Assembly: GCA_039091735.1 (NCBI GenBank)
Contig: JAWCLB010000004.1
Span: 1-60,982 of the forward strand
DNA: 60,982 nucleotides
Source: Candidatus Aenigmatarchaeota archaeon
GTDB lineage: Archaea > Aenigmatarchaeota > Aenigmatarchaeia > GW2011-AR5 > JAHLMP01
Reading direction: 5' to 3'
Shown piece by piece: positions 17,974-27,486 of this stretch; the first letter of the stretch is position 1, and each line of letters begins with the position of its first letter. Made by a program: the position numbers and the translations under genes. The notes beneath the pieces are model-generated. The model saw only the letters and a list, made by a program, of their open reading frames with translations. It made no database searches and was not told where the DNA came from.

Positions 17974-18114
17974 TGTAGAGATTTAATGTTATTGCAAGTA
18001 TCTTCTTACTATTAAAGCCTTTCGTTGGCATAAGCTTTGGTCATATGGCATGGGTCGTTGATTGCTGATAATCCGAAAAATAAATTTGTTTCGCTCAAAG
18101 GTTGATAAGTAAGA

Positions 18115-18276
18115 TTAAAAGCTTTCAGCATCTTCTATTAGCATGTTTGGAATCTCGCCCTTTAATATCTTATATTTAAGCCTGCAATTATCGCAGATAA
18201 GCGCATTTCTTTCATATCTTATATCTCCTTTGCATTTCGGGCATGCCAAGATTTTCAAGAGCTCTTTATCAATCAT
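18115..18276 (-). CDS. Trm112-like protein
   Basis: 53 aa read manually: LLKILACPKCKG...LICDNC...YKILKGEIPNML; start overlaps the cbf5 stop (ATGA). Confidence 0.88.
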   Translation of the reverse strand: MIDKELLKILACPKCKGDIRYERNALICDNCRLKYKILKGEIPNMLIEDAESF

Positions 18277-19070
18277 TTTTTATCATTTACGATTACTCTA
18301 ATAACCCTTGCAACTATTTTATTATATCTGACAAATCGTCCTAGAGCAACAACATTTTCATCCTCATCTAGTATTCTTATAATTTCGCCCTTTTTTATAT
18401 TTTTATCTATTTTTTTGATGTATGAAGCAATGATTGGTTTTCCATTGCATATTGGTTTTATTGCATTTTTTGTCACAATGAGCTTTTTGAGACGGCTTAT
18501 AGCCAACTCAATCGGCATAATAGCTTTGCTTATATTTTTTTCCAATTCTGAAAGCTCATGTGATTGCTCAATAGAAAACTTTCCAACAGAAATTCTTCTC
18601 AATTCTTTTAGATGAGCACCACCAATTTTATTTCCTATGTCTGAAATAAGCTTCCTTATATATGTTCCACTCTGGCATCTTATATCCAGCTTTATATCTC
18701 TTCCGCTTCTCTCAACAATTTTTATTGAATATATTATTCTCTTTCTTGGCTTTCTCGCAACAGCAGACCTAACAGGAGGTATCTGGATTATCTTACCAAC
18801 AAAACCCTTAATTGCAAGATTGATTTCTTTCATTGTAACATTTTGATGAGTGTGCATAATAGCTATATACCTTTTGTCCAATTTTTGCAAAACCCTTATT
18901 ATTTTGGTCGCGCTGTTGATGCATACCAAAAGCACACCTGTAGCATTTGGGTCAAGCGTGCCGCTATGTCCAACCTTTTTTGAATCGGCAATTCTACTGA
19001 TTATTTTGCATACTTCATTGCTTTTTATTCCTTTTGGTTTGTCAACAATTATAAAGCCATTAATACTCAT
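18273..19070 (-). CDS. cbf5: tRNA pseudouridine synthase Cbf5/TruB with PUA domain
   Basis: VDKPKG, GHSGTLDP, QIPPVRSAV, CQSGTYIRKL, ELRR. Confidence 0.92.
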   Translation of the reverse strand: MSINGFIIVDKPKGIKSNEVCKIISRIADSKKVGHSGTLDPNATGVLLVCINSATKIIRVLQKLDKRYIAIMHTHQNVTMKEINLAIKGFVGKIIQIPPVRSAVARKPRKRIIYSIKIVERSGRDIKLDIRCQSGTYIRKLISDIGNKIGGAHLKELRRISVGKFSIEQSHELSELEKNISKAIMPIELAISRLKKLIVTKNAIKPICNGKPIIASYIKKIDKNIKKGEIIRILDEDENVVALGRFVRYNKIVARVIRVIVNDKK

Positions 19071-19118
19071 GCTCCATCTTTGTAAAATATTTAAACCTTA
19101 TCCTTTTTAACTAAAATT

Positions 19119-19499
19119 ATGACTCAAGCGCAATTTAGAAAGAGCTCTAAAAAATTTGGAAGATATGGCATTAGCACACATGCTATTAATAGATATAAAG
19201 AGCGAGTTATTGATGATCCAGGCATAGACAGATATTCAAGAAGAGATATAGAGCATAAAATTAGGAAGGCCTTAAATGAAATATATGACATAGAAAGCCT
19301 ACCGAAAATTAATTTTGGTTACATAGCAGAAGTTCAGTTTAAAGTTAAAGATGGTAAAACAAGACCATATTATGTTATTTTAGAAAGACGTTCACGATAT
19401 GGCAACGATTATGCAGTAAAAACCATTCTCACTAAAGAGATGTACGAAGATTTGCTCAATGAAGAGCTTAAAGAACCTATGCAATATTCAAGCACATAG
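19119..19499 (+). CDS. Hypothetical protein, possible BECR/RelE-like RNase fold
   Basis: ISTHAINRYKER motif and terminal AVKTIL strand. Confidence 0.55.
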   Translation: MTQAQFRKSSKKFGRYGISTHAINRYKERVIDDPGIDRYSRRDIEHKIRKALNEIYDIESLPKINFGYIAEVQFKVKDGKTRPYYVILERRSRYGNDYAVKTILTKEMYEDLLNEELKEPMQYSST

Positions 19500-19557
19500 G
19501 TTATTCAAATTATGGGCTTAGCATGTTTGTTGTAAGGCAAATAAAACAAAAGCAATT

Positions 19558-20709
19558 CTACTTATTCAAAACTTCTATTCCTGGCATTTTTTCTCCAGCG
19601 ATGTAATCTATTAGAGCACCACCACCAAGCGAGATATGAGAGAATTTACTTTTTAATATCTTGAATTTGTTTATTGCATCTATCGTATTTCCACCACCAA
19701 CAATGGAAAATGCCTTTGATTCTGCAACTGCTTTAAAAATCTCCCTTGTCCCTAACTGAAACCTTTTGTCTTCATACTTTCCAGCAGGGCCTTTAAGAAA
19801 TATTATTTTTGATTTTTCGATTATCTTCTTGTATTCTTTGATTGTTCTCTTGCCAATATCAAAAATGAGTTTTTCTGTTGGCAAATCTTCTAAAGAGATT
19901 TCCTTTCTCTTGCTTTTTTCTCCTTCAACAGCAAAGTCTATGGGCATTATCACTTGCTCAATGCCTTTTAGCTCTTCAACAATCCTTTTGTCAAGGATTT
20001 TTTCTTCTTCTCCAAGCTTATAACCAGCTGCAGAAAGGCAGTAGAGAGAAAAAACGCCTGTTGTCAATATCTTATTCTTCTTTTTTCTTGTTGCATATTT
20101 TAATAATGCTATGCACTCTTCTGGTTTAGCTCCACCAAGAATAAAAGTCGCTTCAGAAACCTCTCCTATTCTCTTCAATGCAGATAGTTCCTTCTCAAGC
20201 ATAGGACCAGCATAGCTTGGCAAGACAAAAGGAAAACCTACAACGCTTGCATGGGATCTGTGACAAACAGAGAACGCATCTTGAATAAAATAATCAAACA
20301 ATGGAGCTAAGGTTTTCACAAAAGCTGATTTTGCATGCTCTTCTGGTGAAAGATTTAGCATCTCTTCCTTTATTGAGCGAACATTTTTCAATAGGATGAT
20401 ATCTCCTGGCTTCATGTCATTTATACTCTTTATTGCCTTTTCGCCATATAAGTCATCTACATATTTTACATTTTTTCTCACTAATCTTGTTAGGAGTTTT
20501 GCATGCTGTTCTAAATCCAAAAAGTCTTCGTCTCCTGGTCTACCCTGATGCGCCAGCACTACAACTTTTGCTCCTTTCTTCGCCAAATCTTTTATTGTCT
20601 TTGCATGTGCTATAATTCTGTCATTCATAGCTATTTTTCCGTTAACAACAGGAGAGTTTATATCTACCCTTATCAGAACGCATTTTTCTTTGTAGTCAAT
20701 CATAGACAT
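19558..20709 (-). CDS. pgk: Phosphoglycerate kinase
   Basis: RVDINSP, AHQGRPG, DAFSVCHRSHAS, ILGGAK, SHISLGGGA. Confidence 0.97.
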   Translation of the reverse strand: MSMIDYKEKCVLIRVDINSPVVNGKIAMNDRIIAHAKTIKDLAKKGAKVVVLAHQGRPGDEDFLDLEQHAKLLTRLVRKNVKYVDDLYGEKAIKSINDMKPGDIILLKNVRSIKEEMLNLSPEEHAKSAFVKTLAPLFDYFIQDAFSVCHRSHASVVGFPFVLPSYAGPMLEKELSALKRIGEVSEATFILGGAKPEECIALLKYATRKKKNKILTTGVFSLYCLSAAGYKLGEEEKILDKRIVEELKGIEQVIMPIDFAVEGEKSKRKEISLEDLPTEKLIFDIGKRTIKEYKKIIEKSKIIFLKGPAGKYEDKRFQLGTREIFKAVAESKAFSIVGGGNTIDAINKFKILKSKFSHISLGGGALIDYIAGEKMPGIEVLNK

Positions 20710-20724
20710 CTTTTCTAATTATAA

Positions 20725-21567
20725 TTACAAATACTTATATATATTCTTGATAGAATCCAAATCCCTTATTCGCTTTTCTGCTGGGATTGATGCTCTGAAG
20801 AAATAAAAGAAAACATTCTTGCACCATTCTATCCATTCGCTGTCGAAAATTTCATAAAATAACAATATCTTATTGTCAAGCTCACCCTTTCGATAGTCCA
20901 AAGGATTAAGCATTTCCCTGAATCTTACAACTTGATTATCTATTATAAATCCTCTCAGGGGTTGTTCGCAGTGCCTTATCTCTATAATGCTTTTTCCAAG
21001 CTTTTCGTTGATTAAAAGTGCATTTCTTACATTTTTTATGCTATCTACTGTTATTCTCGACAAAATCTTTATTGAGACGCCATTCTTTCCAAGCTCTTCT
21101 ATCACATCTATTATCTTTTCGTTTCCCTCTTTTGCATTTATCCACGAGAGGTTTCCTGAGAAGCTGAGAACCTGCTCTTTGCTCTTTCTAAGATAATCTT
21201 TGAGTTTATCTTCAATTCCACATTTCTCAGCATCTATTATTGTAGCATTTCTCTTTTTTTCGTCTACATATTGGTATATGTCAAATGGTGACATAATTTT
21301 GCTTGTCTCTATCTTTTTCAAGAGCTTTTCCTGAAAATCCGATGAGTGTATTCTTTCTATATTATTCCAATAAACTATTTTAATAGCTCCTCTTGTTCCT
21401 TCTCTAAATATTCTAGTAGCTATATTTCCCTCTTCCTTTATAATTTTATCAACATATCTGTCTGCTGTTTTCCAGCTTGTAGAAATAAGTTCAGCTATCT
21501 CGTTTATTGTTCTTGGCTTCACATAAACAAAGTCATTTATCTTTTTGATTGTCTTATTGTCAAGCAT
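20725..21567 (-). CDS. Putative TrmB-like regulator (N-terminal HTH, C-terminal PLD-like fold)
   Basis: PRTINEIAELISTSWKTADRY HTH; GVSIKIL and LRGFIIDNQ in the C-terminal domain. Confidence 0.6.
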   Translation of the reverse strand: MLDNKTIKKINDFVYVKPRTINEIAELISTSWKTADRYVDKIIKEEGNIATRIFREGTRGAIKIVYWNNIERIHSSDFQEKLLKKIETSKIMSPFDIYQYVDEKKRNATIIDAEKCGIEDKLKDYLRKSKEQVLSFSGNLSWINAKEGNEKIIDVIEELGKNGVSIKILSRITVDSIKNVRNALLINEKLGKSIIEIRHCEQPLRGFIIDNQVVRFREMLNPLDYRKGELDNKILLFYEIFDSEWIEWCKNVFFYFFRASIPAEKRIRDLDSIKNIYKYL

Positions 21568-21663
21568 TTTTCTATATTTTTATTATATTCTTAAAAATTT
21601 AAACACTATGGACAATTTTTAGACAGAAATGCCTAAGAAAAGTAAAACTCTTGTATAACTAAT

Positions 21664-21909
21664 ATGATTGAGGTAGACAAGATAGATGGAATGTACAGGC
21701 TTGATATGAGGAATTATCCAGAAAGCAAAAAAGCCTTTAATTACATGCAATTTAGACTTGGACCTAATGGAGAAGAAATTCTATTTTACGATATGGACCT
21801 TTTGAACCCCATTGTGATAAGATTAAAAGAAGATGAAATAAACACAATAAAGCAAGAGCTTGAAAGTGGATTTATTCCATTAGAAAGATATAAGAAAATA
21901 TTCGAATAA
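21664..21909 (+). CDS. Hypothetical protein
   Basis: Clean 81-aa ORF with genome-typical composition. Confidence 0.65.
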   Translation: MIEVDKIDGMYRLDMRNYPESKKAFNYMQFRLGPNGEEILFYDMDLLNPIVIRLKEDEINTIKQELESGFIPLERYKKIFE

Positions 21910-22004
21910 TCGTCATAATCTAGCACCTCAGAAAATGCATAACAGATAATATAAAGTTTACACGCCATTGTTAGTAACTATAAGCAGTCGATGCTAGTTT
22001 AGAT

Positions 22005-22577
22005 TTATTTCAGCAAAGTATTTTTAACGTCTTTTGTTAAGATAATGCGATTGGTTTTACCATGCTTTTCTATTGTGACTATGCCTTTTCTCTCCAAGTC
22101 TTTTACTGCTCTGTGGGTCTTCAATTTGGTCATACCTCCTGTTCGGCTTATTTCTGATTGCAATATTTCGCCCTTTTTCTTGATCAACATCTCTACAACC
22201 TTTCTTTCATTTGGATTAAAAAATTTTAAGATAATGCTTTTGTCTGTATTGTTTTTGGAATTCATTTTTATGATAGAGTCTTTTTTGTTGATGAGCTTTG
22301 ATATGATTTTTATGTTCATCTCTAGTTTTTCTTCTAATCTTTTAGATAAGAAATAATATGACAATGGAATGACAGCAAGTATCAAAAGCGCTGATGGTAG
22401 AACCAAAGAGATAATGGGTATTGGGCGTGAACCCCTTAACCCGATAATAAGTGGTCTATACCATATCATGGCTGGATGTTCAGACAATTCGAGAATATTA
22501 AAGAAGAGAACGATAAAAAAAGCAATTATAGCTGGTATAGAAATTAATAGCAGCCACTTCCTACCTTTTTTATCCAT
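22005..22577 (-). CDS. Membrane-anchored winged-helix regulator (COG2512-like)
   Basis: Two TM helices, then ERKVVEML...GEILQSEI...KLKTHRAVKDLERKGIV...GKTNRI. Confidence 0.82.
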   Translation of the reverse strand: MDKKGRKWLLLISIPAIIAFFIVLFFNILELSEHPAMIWYRPLIIGLRGSRPIPIISLVLPSALLILAVIPLSYYFLSKRLEEKLEMNIKIISKLINKKDSIIKMNSKNNTDKSIILKFFNPNERKVVEMLIKKKGEILQSEISRTGGMTKLKTHRAVKDLERKGIVTIEKHGKTNRIILTKDVKNTLLK

Positions 22578-22636
22578 AACAATATTAAAATAGATAATTT
22601 TATAAAGTTTTTTATGATGTTTGTTTTTTAAGACAC

Positions 22637-22708
22637 GGTTTCAGCATTATGAAATCTTATTTTAAGGTTTCAAGTAACTTTTATATATGGTTTCATGTAT
22701 ATGAAATT
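22637..22708. promoter_or_regulatory. Repeated palindromic operator GGTTTCA-N6-TGAAAT flanking a TATA box
   Basis: Full sites at 22637-22656 and 22689-22708, half-site at 22666-22672, TTTTATATA at about 22679; lies between the divergent regulator and the ABC operon. Confidence 0.65.
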
Positions 22709-22723
22709 TAAAGGTGAAAAAAA

Positions 22724-23164
22724 ATGAAAAGAATTTATATATATTTGTTAGCATCGACATTGTGCATATTAGCATCAATTAGTATTGCATTAGCATTCGG
22801 GCCAAGATTTGCAAGCAAAGAACAGAGGTTAGTAATAAAACAGGCAATTGAAAATAATGACTTTGAGGCATGGAAAACCGCCATAATAGAGACACTGACA
22901 AAGGAAAACTTCAAAAGGCTTGTTGAAAGGTATAAACTGATGTCAGAAAGAAAAGAACTGCAAAATAAAATAAGACAAGCAATTAAAGATGGTGATTATC
23001 AGGCATACAAAGAGGCAGTAGAAGAGCTTATAGGCTCATATAAGGTGATGAGCGAAGAAGAGTTTAATGTTATGGTGCAGCGCTACAATGAAACAGGAAT
23101 TGATTATATAGGCAAATACAGTTGCCTCAGAGAAAGGTTCAATAGGCACGATATGCGCTGGTAA
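22724..23164 (+). CDS. Secreted helical hypothetical protein
   Basis: Signal peptide; internal repeat KQAIENNDFEAWK / RQAIKDGDYQAYK. Confidence 0.75.
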   Translation: MKRIYIYLLASTLCILASISIALAFGPRFASKEQRLVIKQAIENNDFEAWKTAIIETLTKENFKRLVERYKLMSERKELQNKIRQAIKDGDYQAYKEAVEELIGSYKVMSEEEFNVMVQRYNETGIDYIGKYSCLRERFNRHDMRW

Positions 23165-23193
23165 TATTTTTAATAAAGAAGTGACGCGATAGT

Positions 23194-23361
23194 ATGAAAG
23201 ACCGAACAAAAAACATCTTAATAGGGATAGTTATAGGGATTGCGATTGGAATGGTAATGCTTTATCTTCTAATGGCATTTAGAATTGTTCAACCATTTCG
23301 CTTCTTTGGAGGATTCAGGCAATTTAACATGACAAGCCCTCCAAGATACCCTAGAGGATGA
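23194..23361 (+). CDS. Small membrane protein (55 aa)
   Basis: Read manually: MKDRTKNILIGIVIGIAIGMVMLYLL...; fills the gap in the operon. Confidence 0.65.
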   Translation: MKDRTKNILIGIVIGIAIGMVMLYLLMAFRIVQPFRFFGGFRQFNMTSPPRYPRG

Positions 23362-23365
23362 TGCT

Positions 23366-24049
23366 ATGAGCAATGCAATTATTGAGTTAAAAGATGTTTG
23401 GAAGATTTACCAAATGGGAGAGGTTGAGGTTCATGCCCTAAGAGATGTAGAGCTGAAAATTAAGAAGAAAGAGTTTATATCAATCATGGGTCCAAGCGGT
23501 TCTGGAAAATCAACACTCCTTCATATGATAGGATTACTTGACAGGCCGACAAAAGGGAATGTTTATTTGGATGGCATTGACATATCAAAACTGAATGATT
23601 CTGAATTGGCAAGAATAAGAGGAAAGAGAATCGGTTTTGTATTTCAATTTTTTAATCTATATCCAACACTAACCGCCAAAGAAAATGTAGAATTGCCTAT
23701 GGTTATCCTAGAACGCAACAAGGAAGAGAGAAAAAGAAAAGCATTAGAATTGCTTAAAATAGTCGGCTTGGAAAAAAGGGCTGAGCATCTACCTTCTCAA
23801 TTATCTGGCGGAGAGCGTCAGCGGGTGGCAATAGCAAGGGCTTTGGCAAACGAGCCTGATATTATCCTTGCAGATGAGCCAACTGGCAATTTGGATACCA
23901 AAGCGGGTCTGGAGATAATGGAGTTTTTGGATAGGCTTCACAAGGACGAGAAGGTTACAATTATTGTTGTCACACATGAACCGCAGATTGCAAAATATAC
24001 TGAACGAACTCTTCATTTAAAGGATGGGAAAATAGTAGAAGGTGATTGA
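23366..24049 (+). CDS. ABC transporter ATP-binding protein (LolD/MacB type)
   Basis: GPSGSGKST, LSGGERQR, ILADEPTGNLD. Confidence 0.95.
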   Translation: MSNAIIELKDVWKIYQMGEVEVHALRDVELKIKKKEFISIMGPSGSGKSTLLHMIGLLDRPTKGNVYLDGIDISKLNDSELARIRGKRIGFVFQFFNLYPTLTAKENVELPMVILERNKEERKRKALELLKIVGLEKRAEHLPSQLSGGERQRVAIARALANEPDIILADEPTGNLDTKAGLEIMEFLDRLHKDEKVTIIVVTHEPQIAKYTERTLHLKDGKIVEGD

Positions 24050-24052
24050 GAA

Positions 24053-25261
24053 ATGAAAAGAGCGATCTTTCTATTTATTTTAACGAGCATTCTAATAGTA
24101 ACTACAACAGAGGGTGCTGATATTGAAGGAATTTCTTTAAGAGTAACTTTTGTAAATCAAAAACCATACCCAGCTGAACCTGGCGAATATGTAGATTTGC
24201 TGTTCAAGGTTGAGAATTATGGAATCAAAAGAGCAGAGAATGTAGTTTTTGAGTTGCTGCCAGAATATCCATTTTCTTTGGATCCTGATACGAGCGCTAT
24301 CAAAGAGCTTGGCGCTGTTTTGGGCACACAAACAGATGAAAATGCCTTTTTGATAAAATACAAAGTAAGAGTAGACAAATATGCAATAGATGGTGAGAAT
24401 GAGATAAAGCTGAAATACACTTATGGGGCAGGAGGATTTGAAAAGTTTTATGTCACAAAGGCGTTTAACATAACAGTCTCGAATCCACGAACAGATTTTG
24501 ATGTTGTTGTGCAGGATTCAGCAGCTACCTTTACAACATTGATTATAGCAAATACAGGAGCAAACACTGCATATTCTGTGATTGTAAAAATCCCCGAGCA
24601 GGAAGGTTTTGAAATATCAGGACCATCTGCTTATGTTATTGGAACAATAAATGCTGGAAACTATACGTCAGTGGACCTTCCAGTAATATCTTTAAAATCG
24701 CATGGAAATTTGATAGTTGAGATCCATTACACTGACAAAATAGGTATAAGGCGTATTATTCAAAAGAATATTACAATAACACAAGCCTTTGCTGAAGATT
24801 TTGATGTTGTTGTGCAGGATTCAACAGAAACCTCTACAATGTTGGCAATAGCTAACATAGGGTCGAGTACTGCATACTCTGTGATTGTAAAAATTCCTGA
24901 ACAAAAAAATTACAGGGTAACAGGAGTTTCTACCAGCCTTCTTGGCAATATAGGCGCTGGAGAATACGCACTCTCAAGCTTTCAGCTAACACCTATTAGA
25001 AGTGCTTTTAACACCTCTGCAGACAGAAGCCTTATTGTCGAAATCTCTTACACAGACGCGCTTGGCATAAGGAGAACAATCACGAAAGAGGTTAGGTTAG
25101 ACACATCTATGAAAGGAGCAGTAGGAGAGGCAACAGTACGACAGGTGCAACGTCAAACACAAGCAACGGGGGGTAGCGGTCTTGTGTATATTGGTGTTGG
25201 CACGATCGGAATAATCGCAATAGTAGTATTCTTCAGATTCAGAAAGAGGAAAAAGAAATGA
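24053..25261 (+). CDS. COG1361 S-layer-domain protein with C-terminal TM anchor
   Basis: Signal peptide, PYPAEPGE...VENYG, repeated Ig-like ANTG/ANIG modules, TM plus RKRKKK tail; typical position in a MacB-type operon. Confidence 0.82.
   Translation: MKRAIFLFILTSILIVTTTEGADIEGISLRVTFVNQKPYPAEPGEYVDLLFKVENYGIKRAENVVFELLPEYPFSLDPDTSAIKELGAVLGTQTDENAFLIKYKVRVDKYAIDGENEIKLKYTYGAGGFEKFYVTKAFNITVSNPRTDFDVVVQDSAATFTTLIIANTGANTAYSVIVKIPEQEGFEISGPSAYVIGTINAGNYTSVDLPVISLKSHGNLIVEIHYTDKIGIRRIIQKNITITQAFAEDFDVVVQDSTETSTMLAIANIGSSTAYSVIVKIPEQKNYRVTGVSTSLLGNIGAGEYALSSFQLTPIRSAFNTSADRSLIVEISYTDALGIRRTITKEVRLDTSMKGAVGEATVRQVQRQTQATGGSGLVYIGVGTIGIIAIVVFFRFRKRKKK
24493..24823 (+). repeat. Intragenic tandem domain duplication (303-bp period)
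   Basis: AGATTTTGATGTTGTTGTGCAGGATTCA is identical at 24493 and 24796; a further shared block TCTGTGATTGTAAAAAT. Confidence 0.8.
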
Positions 25262-26523
25262 AATTTAATGACATCATAAGGCTTTCTATTAATAATCTTT
25301 CGCATAGGGGATTAAGAAGCTGGCTGACTATTCTGGGGATAGTTATAGGTGTGGCAGCAGTTGTTGCAATACTTTCTATCGGAGCAGGCATGCAACATAT
25401 TATTTCAACTCAATTGAGTGGCTTGGGTGCAGATATAGTTACTGTTTCTCCAGGTTATAGCAGGGCTGTTGGAATGAATTTTGGTGTTGACATGAGGCAA
25501 ACCAGATTGCAATCTACTCAAAAAACCCAAGATTTAACTGATAGGGACATTCAGGTGATAAAATCTGTTCCAGGAGTCAAATTTGTGAATGGTATAGTCT
25601 CTGGTAGGGCAAACATTACTTATATGGCACAATCTACCCTTGTAACACTTCAGGGAGTTAATCCATTGACCTGGAAGGAGATGTCAATTCCTGAATTGGA
25701 TTCTGGAAGATACTTGATGCCAGGTGATGGAAATGTTGTCGTGGTTGGGTATAGAATCGCAAATAACATGTTCAAGCAACCAATACTCATAAATACGCAA
25801 ATAAGCATTAGTGGAAAGTCATTTAGAGTTGTTGGTATATTAAAAGAATCTGGAGGCTTTGGCGGCGTGAGCGGATATGACAACACGATTTTCATGCCAA
25901 CAAATGTAGCAAGGACAATTATTAATATTAGTACGAATCAGTTTTCATCCATACAGATTAAAGTAGCAGACCCAGAGTCAGTCAATGAAATCACAGCTAA
26001 CATTGAGCAGAGTTTGATGCTTTCAAGGCGTGTTACAGAAAATACAAAAGACTTTACTATTATATCTGCCCAAGCAATCCATGAGACAATTTCAAATGTA
26101 ATGGGAACAATGAGCCTATTCCTAGCTGGAATAGCTGCTGTCTCATTGATAGTAGGAGCTATAGGCATTGCAAATACTATGTTTATGTCTGTTATGGAGA
26201 GAACAAGACAGATAGGAACTCTAAAGGCCTTGGGAGCTACTAACTTTGAGATAATGAAATTATTTTTATTTGAATCTGCAACGATAGGTCTTATAGGTGG
26301 TTTAATAGGCGTTTTTCTGGGATTTATCGCTTCTGGCATAATTTCTGAGCTTGGGATTAGAATTATGGAAGCCGGAAGAATGAGAATAAGTATAACGCTA
26401 ATCACACCTGAGCTGGTTTTATTTGCCATAGCTTTCTCTGTTCTTATTGGCATGGTTTCTGGAATATTGCCCGCTAGAAGAGCAGCACAATTACAGCCTG
26501 TGGAGGCACTGCGTTATGAGTAA
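25258..26523 (+). CDS. ABC transporter permease (MacB/FtsX family)
   Basis: RSWLTILGIVIGVAAVV, GIANTMFMSVMERTRQIG, PARRAAQLQPVEALRYE. Confidence 0.95.
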   Translation: MKFNDIIRLSINNLSHRGLRSWLTILGIVIGVAAVVAILSIGAGMQHIISTQLSGLGADIVTVSPGYSRAVGMNFGVDMRQTRLQSTQKTQDLTDRDIQVIKSVPGVKFVNGIVSGRANITYMAQSTLVTLQGVNPLTWKEMSIPELDSGRYLMPGDGNVVVVGYRIANNMFKQPILINTQISISGKSFRVVGILKESGGFGGVSGYDNTIFMPTNVARTIINISTNQFSSIQIKVADPESVNEITANIEQSLMLSRRVTENTKDFTIISAQAIHETISNVMGTMSLFLAGIAAVSLIVGAIGIANTMFMSVMERTRQIGTLKALGATNFEIMKLFLFESATIGLIGGLIGVFLGFIASGIISELGIRIMEAGRMRISITLITPELVLFAIAFSVLIGMVSGILPARRAAQLQPVEALRYE

Positions 26524-26699
26524 TTTTGATTGTTGCTAAGCCTCGTAAAGAAAAGTTAAAACCCCCTCTTGCTATTATAAAAAGGAAGGCTTAACATGGG
26601 GTTGCACAGAAATTTAAAGTATGAGAAAATGGTTTGAAACCGTAAACATTGCCTTGTTGTAAATTTTTTAAAATAAATGATTCAATTAGTTGTGATATT

Positions 26700-27482
26700 A
26701 TGTTTGCAATAGAGACAAAAAATCTCACAAAATGCTTTAATGGATTGAGAGCAGTTGATTCTGTCAGCCTTAAAATTAAGAAAGGCGAGCTATTTGGCAT
26801 ATTGGGACCAAATGGAGCAGGAAAGACAACACTCATATTAATGCTTGCGACAATAAGGAAGCCAACATCTGGCTCAGCAAAGATTTATAATTATGATGTT
26901 GTAAAAAATCAGGATGATGTTAGAAGGCGCATTGGCATTGTTTTTCAGGACCCTAGCTTGGACGATGAACTATATGGAAGAGAAAATTTAGAACTTCACG
27001 GAATGCTTTATCATATGAACAAGGAATTGCGAGAAAAGCGAATAAAAGAGGTACTTGAATTGGTAGGATTAACAAAAAAGGCAGGAATGAAGGTGAAGAC
27101 TTATTCTGGTGGAATGAAGAGAAGATTAGAAATAGCAAGAGGCTTGATGCACACGCCAAGGGTTTTATTTTTGGACGAACCAACACTTGGATTAGACCCT
27201 CAGACAAGAAGAAATATCTGGGACTTTATCAAAAGACTGAAAAGAGAAAGGATAACAATAATATTAACAACTCACTATATGGAAGAGGCTGAGTATCTTT
27301 GCGATAGGATTGCAATAATCGATCAGGGCAGAATTATTGCTTTAGATACCCCAAAAAATCTTAAAGAGAAGCATAGCGCAAAAACTCTTGAGGATGTTTT
27401 CATTTATTATACTGGTAGGTACATAAGGGATGAGTTGGCAGGCCCTATAGACAGAATGAGGTATCGTTTTAGGCATTCGTGA
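26700..27482 (+). CDS. ABC-2 exporter ATP-binding protein (DrrA-like)
   Basis: GPNGAGKTT, YSGGMKRR, LDEPTLGLDP, TTHYMEEA. Confidence 0.93.
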   Translation: MFAIETKNLTKCFNGLRAVDSVSLKIKKGELFGILGPNGAGKTTLILMLATIRKPTSGSAKIYNYDVVKNQDDVRRRIGIVFQDPSLDDELYGRENLELHGMLYHMNKELREKRIKEVLELVGLTKKAGMKVKTYSGGMKRRLEIARGLMHTPRVLFLDEPTLGLDPQTRRNIWDFIKRLKRERITIILTTHYMEEAEYLCDRIAIIDQGRIIALDTPKNLKEKHSAKTLEDVFIYYTGRYIRDELAGPIDRMRYRFRHS

Positions 27483-27486
27483 TTTT

